From Octopus bimaculoides (lineage: Eukaryota), in the NCBI RefSeq assembly GCF_001194135.2, contig NC_068989.1, positions 57,654,528 to 57,705,094 of the forward strand: a stretch of DNA of 50,567 bases. The letters run 5' to 3'. Shown piece by piece: positions 35,568 through 48,100 of the stretch. Position 1 is the first letter of the stretch. Each line of letters starts with the position of its first letter. A program made the translations under genes and the position numbers. The notes beneath the pieces are model-generated. The model did no database searches and was not told where the DNA came from. It was given only the letters and a program-made list of their open reading frames with translations.

Positions 35568-37880
35568 AGAGTAGAGGCGATAGGGTTTAGTAAGGAAATA
35601 GCCTTAGAGGAATCTAGGATAGAGGGAGAGCTAGTTAGGAAGCTAGAAGAGGCGCTTAGGAGAGGTATAGCGACTGATATGCTGGTGGCGAGATTGGCTC
35701 TTGGTCAATTCTTCAACGCCAAGCATGAAGGTTGCGTTGCCAGAGCTAGGGCACGTACACTAAGACATGCTGGTACGAAAGCTGTTCGATTGACCCGGGT
35801 GACAGAAGTGCAACGTGACAACAAACCCACAATTTGGTATTTGATGGGCTGGGACGGGCGCACGCTACACGAATCCAAGCAAATATTTACGGAATTTCAG
35901 CGGTACTTCGCCAAACTGTTCGGGATGCGCGATATGCTGGGAATGGAGGTGTATTTCACCTCCTACTTCGGCAGCATGCCGCGCTTTTCAGCCAGGGATG
36001 CGAAGTTCTGCGAAATGCCGATAACAGCCGAAGTAACACGGGACGCGATGACGGGTTGCAGAGGAGAGAAATCTCCGGGAATGGATGGCTTTATCTTCAT
36101 ATGCCAGACTTGTTTGGTAACTTCTTGGTAGCGATCACAACTGGCAGCAGATCGGGAGAATACCCATTGCTGTAGGCTGTGGCTTGGTGGTGCTACTGAA
36201 AAAGGACCCGAACAAGGGAAACCAAATACATAATTCTAGGCCCATAACTCTGCTGAACGCAGATTATAAGATTTTGGCAAAGGTGTTAGCCAAGAGGTTG
36301 GCGCTTGTCGTCGATAAGCTGGTCGGTGATGCACAGACATGCGCTATCCCCAACAGGTCTATCCATGACAACCTCCACCTCGCACGCTACATCACAGAGA
36401 GGGTAGTGAAGGAACCTGGTATCAATCGAAAGCTTTTTTCAAGATCGACCATCAAAACTCTGAGGCTATCCTCGCAGCGGCCGGTTTCGGTCCCGTTTTC
36501 AGAGGCTGGATCGCTGCAATGTACAGCGACATCTGTTCGGTGGTCAAAGTAAACGGCCACCTATCGGAATCGTTTAGCATCGCTTGTTCGATCCGTTATG
36601 GATGCCTGCTCACTCCACTTTTGTATGTGCTGGCTCTCGAGCCATTACTAAAGAAGTCGGATATTTCGAGGGGCACCCCGCGTGATCTAGGATGCGGAAG
36701 GTTCGTATCAATTTATGCGGACGACGTTACCATAATAGTGTCGAACAGCTCGGAAATCGAGGTGATCGGTACTNNNNNNNNNNNNNNNNNNNNNNNNNNN
36801 NNNNNNNNNNNNNNNNNNNNNNNNNNNNNNNNNNNNNNNNNNNNNNNNNNNNNNNNNNNNNNNNNNNNNNNNNNNNNNNNNNNNNNNNNNNNNNNNNNNN
36901 NNNNNNNNNNNNNNNNNNNNNNNNNNNNNNNNNNNNNNNNNNNNNNNNNNNNNNNNNNNNNNNNNNNNNNNNNNNNNNNNNNNNNNNNNNNNNNNNNNNN
37001 NNNNNNNNNNNNNNNNNNNNNNNNNNNNNNNNNNNNNNNNNNNNNNNNNNNNNNNNNNNNNNNNNNNNNNNNNNNNNNNNNNNNNNNNNNNNNNNNNNNN
37101 NNNNNNNNNNNNNNNNNNNNNNNNNNNNNNNNNNNNNNNNNNNNNNNNNNGAATGCGTACATCGCTTCCGTCATCTACTACTACCTGACCGTCGTCCCTG
37201 GCGCTGCTTCGTGGCTGATCAGGCTGGAGCGCTTGTTCTTCCGCTTTCTGTTGAAGGGACATGTTCAGCTCATCAGCCGCTGAGCGGAGGACTGGACATG
37301 CCGTGGCTAATGATGTGCAGACATACGCTGAGGCTTCGACATTTTCAGCGTTTTTTTAACGGTGAGCAGGTGTGGTCGCCATTTGTCAAACGGGATTTTC
37401 CATGGCTAGTCTCATTGACGGAGCTACAGTCTTGAATCAAACGTCGACCAAGAAAGGCCGCTTGGCACCTGGAGTGTCGGCAAGCGCTTACAGCTTTCTG
37501 CCAGTCAGACAACGCTGTCAGTTGAAGTTACACTATGGAGTTCTATAAGGGATTAGTGGCGGATAAAGGACGACGTCCTCGGGGAAACTCTGGACATCGG
37601 AAGGGATCAATTAAATGGTCTTTTCCGGAGGACTTTCGGGCCGGGGCCTGTGGATAACTTCCAGAAATCCTTGACTTGGCAGTGCTACTTGGAAGCTCTA
37701 CCGGTTTGAGATAAGCTCTACAAACACGGAAGTGCTGTTAGACGGACCTCTCCGAGCTATGCGCAGAGCGACGAAACCATCCTGCATACATTCGTCCAGT
37801 GTCCGTGCGTTAATGACTTGTGAAGCTTTCTCGAACAGCTGTTGATGCGTGCAGGACGAATCTAGTTATCAGTTCTTATG
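35568..37880 (+). mobile_element. 5'-truncated decayed Tx1/L1-clade LINE ORF2
   Basis: KSPGMDG, RPITLLNADYKILAKVLAKRL, YADDVTI and C-terminal C..C..ET..H.F..C knuckle; frameshifts and internal gap 36774-37150. Confidence 0.9.
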
Positions 37881-38278
37881 AGCGTTTTTTTCTTTTTTCG
37901 TGTACATAGAGCAGTCTAATACAAAAAGTAGCAGTTAGAGGAATAATGGTGGTTTGTCGTTGCTTTTGTAAAGCAATATAGACGGATTTTTGTTATTTTT
38001 CCAGGTATCCTGCTCCAGATCCTCCCAGTTCAGTAAGAACATGCTCTCCATCTGACGGTTTTAGCTGGAACGGATTTATTATTAAATCAGAAATTCAGAT
38101 CTTTCTCTGGGGGCATGACTGATCTCCGAAGTGTGTGAGGACCAGTATCTGAAAAGTGGCTTTATATTGCACGTCAATCAGTGAAGAATATTACCTCCAC
38201 ACGGCCTTTGAGCCTTAAACGTACATCCATCCATACATACATACATACATACATACATACATACATGCATACATACAT

Positions 38279-38317
<39 letters not shown>

Positions 38318-39189
38318 CATACATACATACATACATACATACATACATACGTACGTACATACATAAATGCATACATACGCCTACATATACACATGATAAA
38401 CATCAAAGATATAGGAGCTACTTAAAGATGTGTGTTCTTTCTCTTGTTGGTGACTAAACCATTCGCATAGTAGAAAACCTTTCTGTATTTCCTATATCTT
38501 CATTAGGAACCTCAAGATCAAAAGCATTTAGGGTCTTAACCTGAACGTTTGGTGTGTGCAAAATAGTAATGATTAAATAAGCCTTTACCTGCAGAAGGGT
38601 TTCTTCTGCTGTTTTTTGTCAACCAGAACTATTTTAAGCAAATCTCAACAGCTTTGGTTATCTCTTTATCTGAACTATATATTCCTTAAGAGTAATGGAT
38701 TTGTTGGACCTATAGCAGGGTTTTAATCTCTACAGAGCCAATAAAACAAATGCTAGTCAAAATCTGAGCTCAACTCTCTCTATCCCTCTCTCGCCTTTTC
38801 TCTCTGTTTCACTCTCCCCTCCTTGTCGCTTCCTTTCTCGCTCAGAGATAAGGTTGTGTTCCATCAGTTTAGATGCCCAACATACGACGTCTCTGCAGCT
38901 CCCTTAAGTGCCTCTACGACATCCTGCAAGCACTGTGGGATCATGGTAATGCTAGACATCCTTCCCCCCAACAAATGCTTAGTGCAGTATAAAAGTAATA
39001 AATTATTAAGGTTACATCATTAACGTGGTTAACAAGATGCTTGTCTCTCTGTTTACAATCATTTGAGAAAATTAGTTTCAAAAAATTTATCACACTATCC
39101 CATATCACTTCTGTAAAACGTTCTTTTGAAACAAGAACACATTTTGTTCTCTATGCGTTAGAATGTAGAACTTTTATTTTCTCAAGCTG

Positions 39190-39238
<49 letters not shown>

Positions 39239-39386
39239 CTCCCTCTTCCTCTCAATCTCTCCCCCTCTCACACACATACGCGCGCGCGCGCACACGCAAG
39301 CAAACAGGGATGAAGTTACCTCCCATCACCAGACGAAAAGATCGTCGTGCAAAATATACCAATTCCATCTTGTTTACTTAATCAAT

Positions 39387-39422
<36 letters not shown>

Positions 39423-39561
39423 NNNNNNNNNNNNNNNNNNNNNNNNNNNNNNNNNNNNNNNNNNNNNNNNNNNNNNNNNNNNNNNNNNNNNNNNNNNNNN
39501 NNNNNNNNNNNNNNNNNNNNNNNNNNNNNNNNNNNNNNNNNNNNNNNNNNNNNNNNNNNNN

Positions 39562-39593
<32 letters not shown>

Positions 39594-40721
39594 ATATGGA
39601 TCCACAGAAAATAACTCATTGCATTTACAAACAACGTATACAGACACAACAACGCGTCGACGTCGTTTATTTTATATTGTAACAATATTAAATAAATCGC
39701 CATCTTCATAATCAGTTGATTGTTTTTCTTTCATTCATTTCTGCGATGCATCATCATCGAAACTGCATCGTTACATTTTGGTGACTTCCCGACTTCTCTT
39801 CCAATTATATTGTTACACATCTATTTCTTCGTAATACACTCTGGCAGATCAGAATGTGAATATTTGATCACTGCTACCTTTCATCAAAGATTACCACCTC
39901 ACCTAAACACCCCACCCTTCCACCATCACCAGACGATGCATACTTATAACATGTGATTCACCAGTGTAAGAGGATCTTGAAATACTGCAGTGCTTTGACT
40001 TTTTGTGTTCTTACCCAGTTAAAGCCACTTCCGATAAATCTGACAAGAGTACGCGCTCTCACCTACAGAAATCAGCAAATTATTTACTAATGCATGCTGT
40101 TTACCGGACAACAACTGAAGGGTGCACACAGAAATGTGAGAATCCATACTAAAAACGTATCTATTCATTCTAAACTCGCTCTGGTAGATTCGAATGCGAA
40201 TATCTAATCGCTGTTGCTGCCTTTCGTCATGGATTCTCACTTCACCATGAGTTGCTCTTTTTAAAATTATTTTTATTTTGTAAATTTGCTGGTAAAAAGA
40301 AAATGTGCAGAAATTCTCGTTCAGTTTCAGCCGTGTTATTTAGAGTAGCCTCCCTTGATCACTGCTGCTGCGTTCGAAATTACATTTCTTAACCCTTTAT
40401 CTTTTACTTGAGGAATTTTAGTCGAATAAATCTACCCCAGTACTGTTATTGTTGTGAAGCCTGATACTTATTCTATTTACCCCTTTTGCTAAGTTACTGT
40501 AACGTACCAAATAAAGAGTTACACCAATTCCATCTTCTGTTTACTTAATCGATTATTATCTCAACTAACACTGCGGAATTCCTGAAGTAGATCCAAAGGA
40601 AATATACCCCAACTGCAGATGACACCAGGTAGTCCAAACTGTGCCAGTTTCGATCGCAGGATAGGTCGAAAAGATCGTCGTGCAAAATATACCAATTCCA
40701 TCTTCTGTTTACTTAATCGAT

Positions 40722-40772
<51 letters not shown>

Positions 40773-40782
40773 NNNNNNNNNN

Positions 40783-40848
<66 letters not shown>

Positions 40849-40990
40849 TACAGACAGACAGACACAGACAGACAGACAGACAAACAGGTGCAAATATAGT
40901 ATGCGGTCAAACAGTATAGCCAGGGTTATCTACCTTAAAAACTACTCGTTATCACCTCTCCTTTCCACTTGTGGTTTACCTTACATCGGA

Positions 40991-42220
40991 ATGTTGCAGA
41001 AAGATTTTTATACGCGTGTCATCTTTACAGAGGAAACAGCAGTCACATTTTTACAAGATTACAATCTGCTGGATACACAACAAGAAGCAGATCCCTGCCA
41101 TCGATACGGTACTGTCATGCAGGAAAAATGAAAGCGTGACAGACATGAACAATTCAGGCCTGTTTTTCGTTGTCCTCGAAAAGGGTGTCAAATTTCACGT
41201 TCAGTTCGTAAAGGAAACCAATTTTTCCATTATACGGATATTAACAACAAATTAAACAGCAAGCTGAACCTGAGTGAGGTTTTAGAACTAATATTTTTCT
41301 TTGTCATGGCTATACCCATGACCACAGCAGTGATTCTAACAGGAAACTCTAAAAATGCAATGACTGACTGGTACAATATGTGCCGCGAGGAGTGTGGAGC
41401 CATAGTTCATCATGAACAACGAGAGAAGATGTTTGGAACAAACGACAACCCCATTCAGACTGACGAAGCAAGATTTGCTGGTCGACAAAAATACGATTGA
41501 GGAAGAATGCTGAATGGCGACAACGCTCCTCTCTTCGAAGACAGTGATTCAGAACAACGAAACAACAGGAACCATGGGTTTTTGGTCTCAAACAAGGCTC
41601 AGACTGTCGATACTTTTGTGGAACGGTGTGTAGTAACGCCGTGCGCATGCGTAGTCTCACGCATGCGTGGAATTAAACAAGCAAGCTTTCCCGCTTAATT
41701 CTATCTCTTTCTCGGTCGGCCGGCCATGAGCATGGACGTGTCAAGCAGTGCCTCCAACATTCCAACTCTGGAGACAGTCTCTTTACGTGTTTAGCTGTCT
41801 CTCTTCATCTTTCGGACTTACACTCGACAGCTCGCTTACATCTACATAACAACGTCCCAACAACTATGCTCACACACACAGAAGTTGTAACAACAAGAGC
41901 TAAAGATGTATATATTTACCACCTGAATAAATGTTGTTTAAGTTGATAGTCTGGAGTTCAGCGTTCCGTTATATATTTCTTAATTTTATAGAGGAAAGTC
42001 AGGTATACATCTAATGATGTATAACCAACTTTCCTATAGGTGTAACGAGAACAGTCTGATCCCAATTATTGGGAGAGAATGTGAAAATGGTTCAGTAATT
42101 CATTCAGATGAGCGACCCGCTTATAATAATTTAAATGCCATAGGTTATCACCATCTGGCAGTGAACGATCAACGACATTATGTGGATTCAGTGACTGGAG
42201 CACACACAATTTGGAATTAA
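40991..42220 (+). mobile_element. Decayed Merlin (IS1595/ISXO2-like) DNA transposon transposase
   Basis: IQTDEARFAGRQKYD*GR, PWVFGLK, and after LTR removal VERCNENSLIPIIGRECENGSVIHSDERPAYNNLNAIGYHHLAVN..YVDSVTGAHT. Confidence 0.85.
41629..42038 (+). mobile_element. Solo LTR (410 bp), related to 22882-23303, inserted in a Merlin transposase
   Basis: TGTAG...CTATA termini, 4-bp TSD GGTG (41625-41628 / 42039-42042), AATAAA at 41926-41931; 3' end homologous to the first LTR. Confidence 0.8.
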
Positions 42221-43131
42221 AGTTGACTGCGAGGCATTAACAGCTTGTTACCATTACAACTGCACATTGTGTTGTGTTCCATTCGCATGTGTTGATTCTT
42301 CACAAGGAGATTTACTCTACCTGTACATTTTGTTTTGATAAAAATTTATATCTATCAATTAGAATTTTATTATAGATATTCTTCGCCAATTGTCTTAATA
42401 TTTTACATATTTTTCATATATAGCAAAAGTTATTTGCGATATTTATGCAGTTTCTTAGCATTATGAAGGTGAATGGAATATGTGAACTTAGTACAGATAA
42501 TTTGACATTATCTATGAATTCAGCATGCAAAAACATATGATACAGGTATTCTTTTTCTTGGGGCAAATTCTTCGTTGACCAGTGTTATTCTTATCGTAGT
42601 TTACAAATCCAAGCATGAAAACGTTACTCAACTTTGAAGTTTTGGAGACAGACGTCCCCTTTCACACACACACATACACACACACCCACACATATATTAA
42701 TGATGTACACATAAATTTTAAAAAATAATAAAAACACAATCAATGAAGAGACAAAAGAAACAGTAAAATGATACATGTTGATTTTATTAGTTATTTCTGT
42801 TTATTTAGAAACATACAATGAAGAGGTCATTTCACAGACGTTAAACTATAAATTTCATAGGGTACAACCTTAAAGTTGAACCGCTCCGCTAAACACAGAA
42901 AATTTTTGTCTCGTTATTGGCTATAAATACACAGTTTTTTCGATTTTTAAACCTCTGTAACATTTCCTCCAAATTTTCTCTCCACAACATCATATTTTCA
43001 TAGGAATTAGACTGGAAAATTTTATTATATCGGCCTTTGCCTTTCCCTTGGAAAAAATCGGTAGCGTGGAAAGGGAAGGCTGGTGTGCACGAGCGACTGC
43101 TGGTCTTCTGTAAACAACCTTGCCCACGCTT

Positions 43132-44105
43132 GTGCCACGGAGGGTGCAATTCCATGGTCATTTATGACCGAAGAGGGTCTTTAGCCTTTGTGTGTGTGTG
43201 TGTACGACGGACTTCTCTCAGTTTCCGTCTACCAAATCCACGCACAAGGCTTTGGTCGCCCAAGACTACAGTAAAAGATACTTTCTCCGGAACCGTGTGG
43301 TTGGGAAGCAAATTTCTTACCACACAACCTCGCCTGCGGTTATATGTTGAGCAAAAATTACTTTTGAGAACTATTCTTCTTTTTCCTTTCTGGAATCTGT
43401 TGAATGTATATTTTTCTATAAAATGAAAATTTCTACTGATACCAGCATAATTTGAAGAAAAAAATAATAAATAACCAGAGGTGAATTTGCTGGTATGTGT
43501 GTTTAGTATGCTATAGGCCTGGAAATTTTCATTTTGTTAAAAGTTTTTACTTAACAAATTCCAGAAGGTAAAGGATGGAATTGTACTCAAAAGTTTTTTT
43601 TTTTTTTTTTTTTNNNNNNNNNNGTGCCACGGAGGGTGCAATTCCATGGTCATTTATGACCGAAGAGGGTCTTTAGCCTTTGTGTGTGTGTGTGTACGAC
43701 GGACTTCTCTCAGTTTCCGTCTACCAAATCCACGCACAAGGCTTTGGTCGCCCAAGACTACAGTAAAAGATACTTTCTCCGGAACCGTGTGGTTGGGAAG
43801 CAAATTTCTTACCACACAACCTCGCCTGCGGTTATATGTTGAGCAAAAATTACTTTTGAGAACTATTCTTCTTTTTCCTTTCTGGAATCTGTTGAATGTA
43901 TATTTTTCTATAAAATGAAAATTTCTACTGATACCAGCATAATTTGAAGAAAAAAATAATAAATAACCAGAGGTGAATTTGCTGGTATGTGTGTTTAGTA
44001 TGCTATAGGCCTGGAAATTTTCATTTTGTTAAAAGTTTTTACTTAACAAATTCCAGAAGGTAAAGGATGGAATTGTACTCAAAAGTTTTTTTTTTTTTTT
44101 TTTTT
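43132..44105 (+). other. Apparent exact 480-bp tandem duplication across a 10-N gap (assembly artefact)
   Basis: 43132-43613 reads identical to 43624-44105, including the (TG)7 length; separated only by N 43614-43623. Confidence 0.85.
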
Positions 44106-45079
44106 CAACGGTAAGAAACTTGCTTCCCAACCACATTATTCCGGGTTCCGTGCCACTGCGTGACACTTCGGGCAAGTGTCTTCTACCATAGCTTCAGGCC
44201 GGCCAAAGCCTTATGAATGGATTTGGTTGGCGGAAACAGAAAGAAGCCAGTCATGTGTGTGTGTGTGTGTCATCACTTGCTTGTTGGTGTGTTTACGTCT
44301 CCACAACTTCGTTATGGGGAAACAAAGTTGGAGTGGAGGGCACATATATGTAATGTGGAAAAGTGTAGAGACGCGTAGCTTTAGTGTTAGGGTATTTGAC
44401 TCACGATCAAAAGTTCGTTTGTTCGATTCCTGGCGGCGCGCTGAGTCCTTCAACAAGACACTTTATAGCAAGTTACTGCACTCCACTCAGCTGGCAAAAA
44501 TGAATTGTACCTAAATTCAGAAGGCCAGCCTTGCCACATTTTGTATCTTCCTGAAAATTACGTTAATGGTATGTGTGTCAGTTGTACGCTCAGCGACTGA
44601 CATTATTTTCTCGAGCAGGTTGTTCCACTGATCGGATCAACTGGAACACTCATCGTTGTAACCGACGGAGTGTCATTTTTCTTCCTTTTTTTTTTTTTTT
44701 TTAGTCGAAAAATAATGTATCATTGTCTGGATTCAATAAAGAGAATCACAACTCAATGGATGCTATTGATACATATATAATAACAATTTATTTGCATATT
44801 TAGTAGCAATTTATTTGCATATAGAATTAGCGTTAAAACGTTAATTATAAATATTTATGCAGTGAAAGAGAAAAGACGTTCACTATGACTTAATTAGAGT
44901 TTTCAAACTAGGGGAGACAACTCTTCCTATGTTCCGGAATGGATTCTTTATATTTACTATCCTGCACATATAGTATAATCTTATTAGTTTCGTCAGAAAA
45001 CAATTGTTTGAATAAGACTCGTATACGAAATCTTTATCCAATAAAGATAGAAATAAAAAAAAAAATTTAAAAAGTTCTC

Positions 45080-45166
45080 CGCCCACAGAGGGACTCGAAC
45101 CCGCGACCCTCAGATGTCATGAGAGGACTTAAAAGTCTGATGCTCTACCGACTGAGCTATGCGGGC
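45080..45166 (-). tRNA. tRNA-Lys(UUU) with 14-nt intron (45116-45129); most intact copy (copy F)
   Basis: GCCCGCATAGCTCAGTCGGTAGAGCATCAGACTTTTA[AGTCCTCTCATGAC]ATCTGAGGGTCGCGGGTTCGAGTCCCTCTGTGGGCG. Acceptor, D and anticodon stems pair; intron lies between positions 37 and 38; T5 terminator 6 nt downstream (plus-strand A-run 45069-45073). Confidence 0.9.
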
Positions 45167-48100
45167 GAACTGAAAAAAATTGTCAATTTTGTGGTTTTCA
45201 ATATTATTACTGCTGCTGTAATTGTATGTACTATTGAAGTGTAATTTGTTGTTTCAGCTTTTTACATTCTGAAATCGAATCCCTAGAAGTTATGTTGTTA
45301 TATTTACTTTATATTTTCCTAAACTCGATAAAATGATCTGCAAACTTTTTGGTTCTGTACCTACGTAAGAAAGTATTATTACTGACAAGAATGAAATGCC
45401 GAAACAGAATCGGTAGGGCGATTATTAAATACTTTGCGGAGTTTATACTCTTAACTTTAATCTCATCGCAGTTCACTTTGCTTTTCATTCTTCAGGGGTT
45501 ACTAAAATAAAATAGAGGTCAAGAACTAGAGACGATTTAATCGGCTGATCCACTCTCCGTGGTCTTTTCCTGGTCCTTTGCCTGTGCTGATGAGTAAGCT
45601 GAAATAGAATGATTAAAATGCATAACGGAATTTAGGTTCGAGTGATCTTTGCATTCCGTCATCCAAGTACTTTCATTATGTTTGTCGAACAGTGGAGTTA
45701 TTTTTTTAATGCGAAGAGTTTTTTTCTTTTTATATTTTGATTTACATTTAAAATGTGTTGCTAATATATCGGACAAAATACTTAACGGCATTTCTTCCGG
45801 TTTTACGTTCTCTACTCAAATAACACCGAGCTTAGCTTTGCTTTTTATCCTTTCAGAGTCAATAAAGTACCAGTCTAGTACAAGGATCGAAGGTATCAGC
45901 CAATTCTTCCCCTCCTTATGCCAAAATCAGAAACCTAATGGGGCGTGCAGGCAGAATCGTTAGAGCAGAGGTGGAGAGACTTTTTAGTGCAGCGGGCAAA
46001 AATTTACAAAGAAAAAGGTCCGCGGGCGGATCACAAGTTCTAACTCTTATATCTGTGTAGATATTGTATATATCTATGTATGATTCGATGTGTATTAATA
46101 AAGATAAGTTTAACACATTAAATTAACGCGTAACATCTTCATTAACGCTACCACTGAATTTAGAACATTTATATTACTTATGAGGTTTCTCTATATTTCA
46201 GCTAGAGTGTAGCTGGGTCTCAAGGGAGTGGTACAAACCTAGCAGTATGTGTTTTTTAGTGAAAACAAAATTTCCATTCAAATGGCAGTTACTGGACGAG
46301 TTTCTGTTCGAGTCTAACTCTTTTAAGTCGTAGTGGAAACGCTACCTATGTCGCAAATAGGCATACGAATATTGCATAAATTTTATAATTGAAAAATTTA
46401 CTATTTTGTACATAAGAGTATATCAGCCTGTAAGCGAAATAAAATGGGTTTCCCCACCCCTACGTTAGAGCATCAAACAAAATGCTTAACTGTTTTTCTT
46501 TTGACTCATTACCTTATGAATTCAAATTCTGCTGGGGTCAACTTTGCCTCTGATCCCAGAGTCAATAAAATAAAGTAGCAGTCAAGTACCGGACTCAATA
46601 TAATCGACTTAGTCCCTCCTCTCAGATCCTTGGTTTGGTTTTGTGCCAAGACTGAAAAGAATTATAATTATGGAAAACGTCGCTGTCAGAATTGTTTGAG
46701 CATCAGAACAAATGCCTTGCATTCTGAGTTCAAATCCCAGTCAGGTCAACTTTGTGTTTCATCCCAAGATCCATAAATTAAAGTACCAGTCAAGTACTGA
46801 GATCAATGGTATTGACTAACCCAACCTTCTTTTTCTTCTTGTTGAACTGAGTTCAAATCGTGTTGAGGTCAACATTGCCTTTCATTTTTTTTCATAAGCA
46901 TTAAAAATAAAGAGCCAGTCACCAACTGAAGTTGATGGTGTCAGTTACATCCCTCTGCTGGCCTTGATTTGGAAAGCATTGTTCATTTTGTGTGGTTGAA
47001 TTACAATCAGTTCTCTGTTTAGTCTCTAAGGAGGGTATCATCATCATCATCATCCCCTTCTTCTTCTACTTCCTTTTCTACCTCTTTTTCTTCTTACTTC
47101 TCTTTTCTTTCTCCTCTACTTCCTCTTCTTCCACTTCCACCTCCTTCTCCCCTCTTCCCCTCCCCCCTTTATCCTCTTCCTCTTTTTATTATCATTTTAA
47201 CATTCACTTTTCCATGCTTGTATAGTTCCAATGAAATTTGTGGAGGTAGGTTTTCTATGACCAGGTGCCCTTTCTGTTGCCAACCCTCACCTGCTTCCAA
47301 GTAAGGTAATATTTTTCCATAGCCAGATATGTTTTCCATCAAACAACATCACTTGTATGACAGTGATGCTCATTGATAACCCTCATGTTTATCAGGGGCA
47401 CACACTAATGAATGTGCACACACTAATGAATGTGCACACACACACAAACACACATATATACAGATATTGTGGCTGTTTTGTAAGAAGCCAGCTTGCCAAC
47501 CCACATGGTTCTTAGTTCAGTTCCATTACATGGTACCTTAGGCAAGGGTCTTCTAATATAGTCTCAGGTCAATGAAAGCTTTATGAGTAAATTTGGTAGA
47601 ACCACTCACAAGGACAAGGCTTTGGTCAGCCCAAGACTATTGCCCAAAGTGCCATGCAGTGGGACTGAACCCAGAACCATGTGGTTGAGAAGCAAGCTTC
47701 TTACCACACAGCCACATTTGCACCTATACATATATATATAGTTGGAATTTACAAAAAAAAAACAAACAAAACAAAAGACGAAGACAGGTGTGTAAACCAC
47801 AATCAGATGTATTAGTTTAATGCTTAGGAAGTGAGAAAGTCTTTTACATTTCAAGCCTACGCTCTTCAACACAAAGGAACACAGAAATAAACAGAGAGAC
47901 AAAATAAAAAAGGTTTCGTGGCTAGAGATCAATCATGGCGAATATATATATATAAAGTATAAATGAGTAAGAAAGAGGTACAGGTGTCAATTCATCATGT
48001 CTGTTTCAAGCAACTCCTTTAATTGATTAATGAAAACATTATATCATTGCAAAGAAACCATTTTCATCAGATGACTGCATGAACTTCAAACATAAATGAC

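Noticed and set aside
42900-43180. TATAAATA followed by a GC-richer hairpin-forming stretch, suggesting a Pol III type 3 snRNA gene
   Set aside because: No match to U6/7SK/other snRNA sequence that I recognise; more likely an interspersed repeat tail
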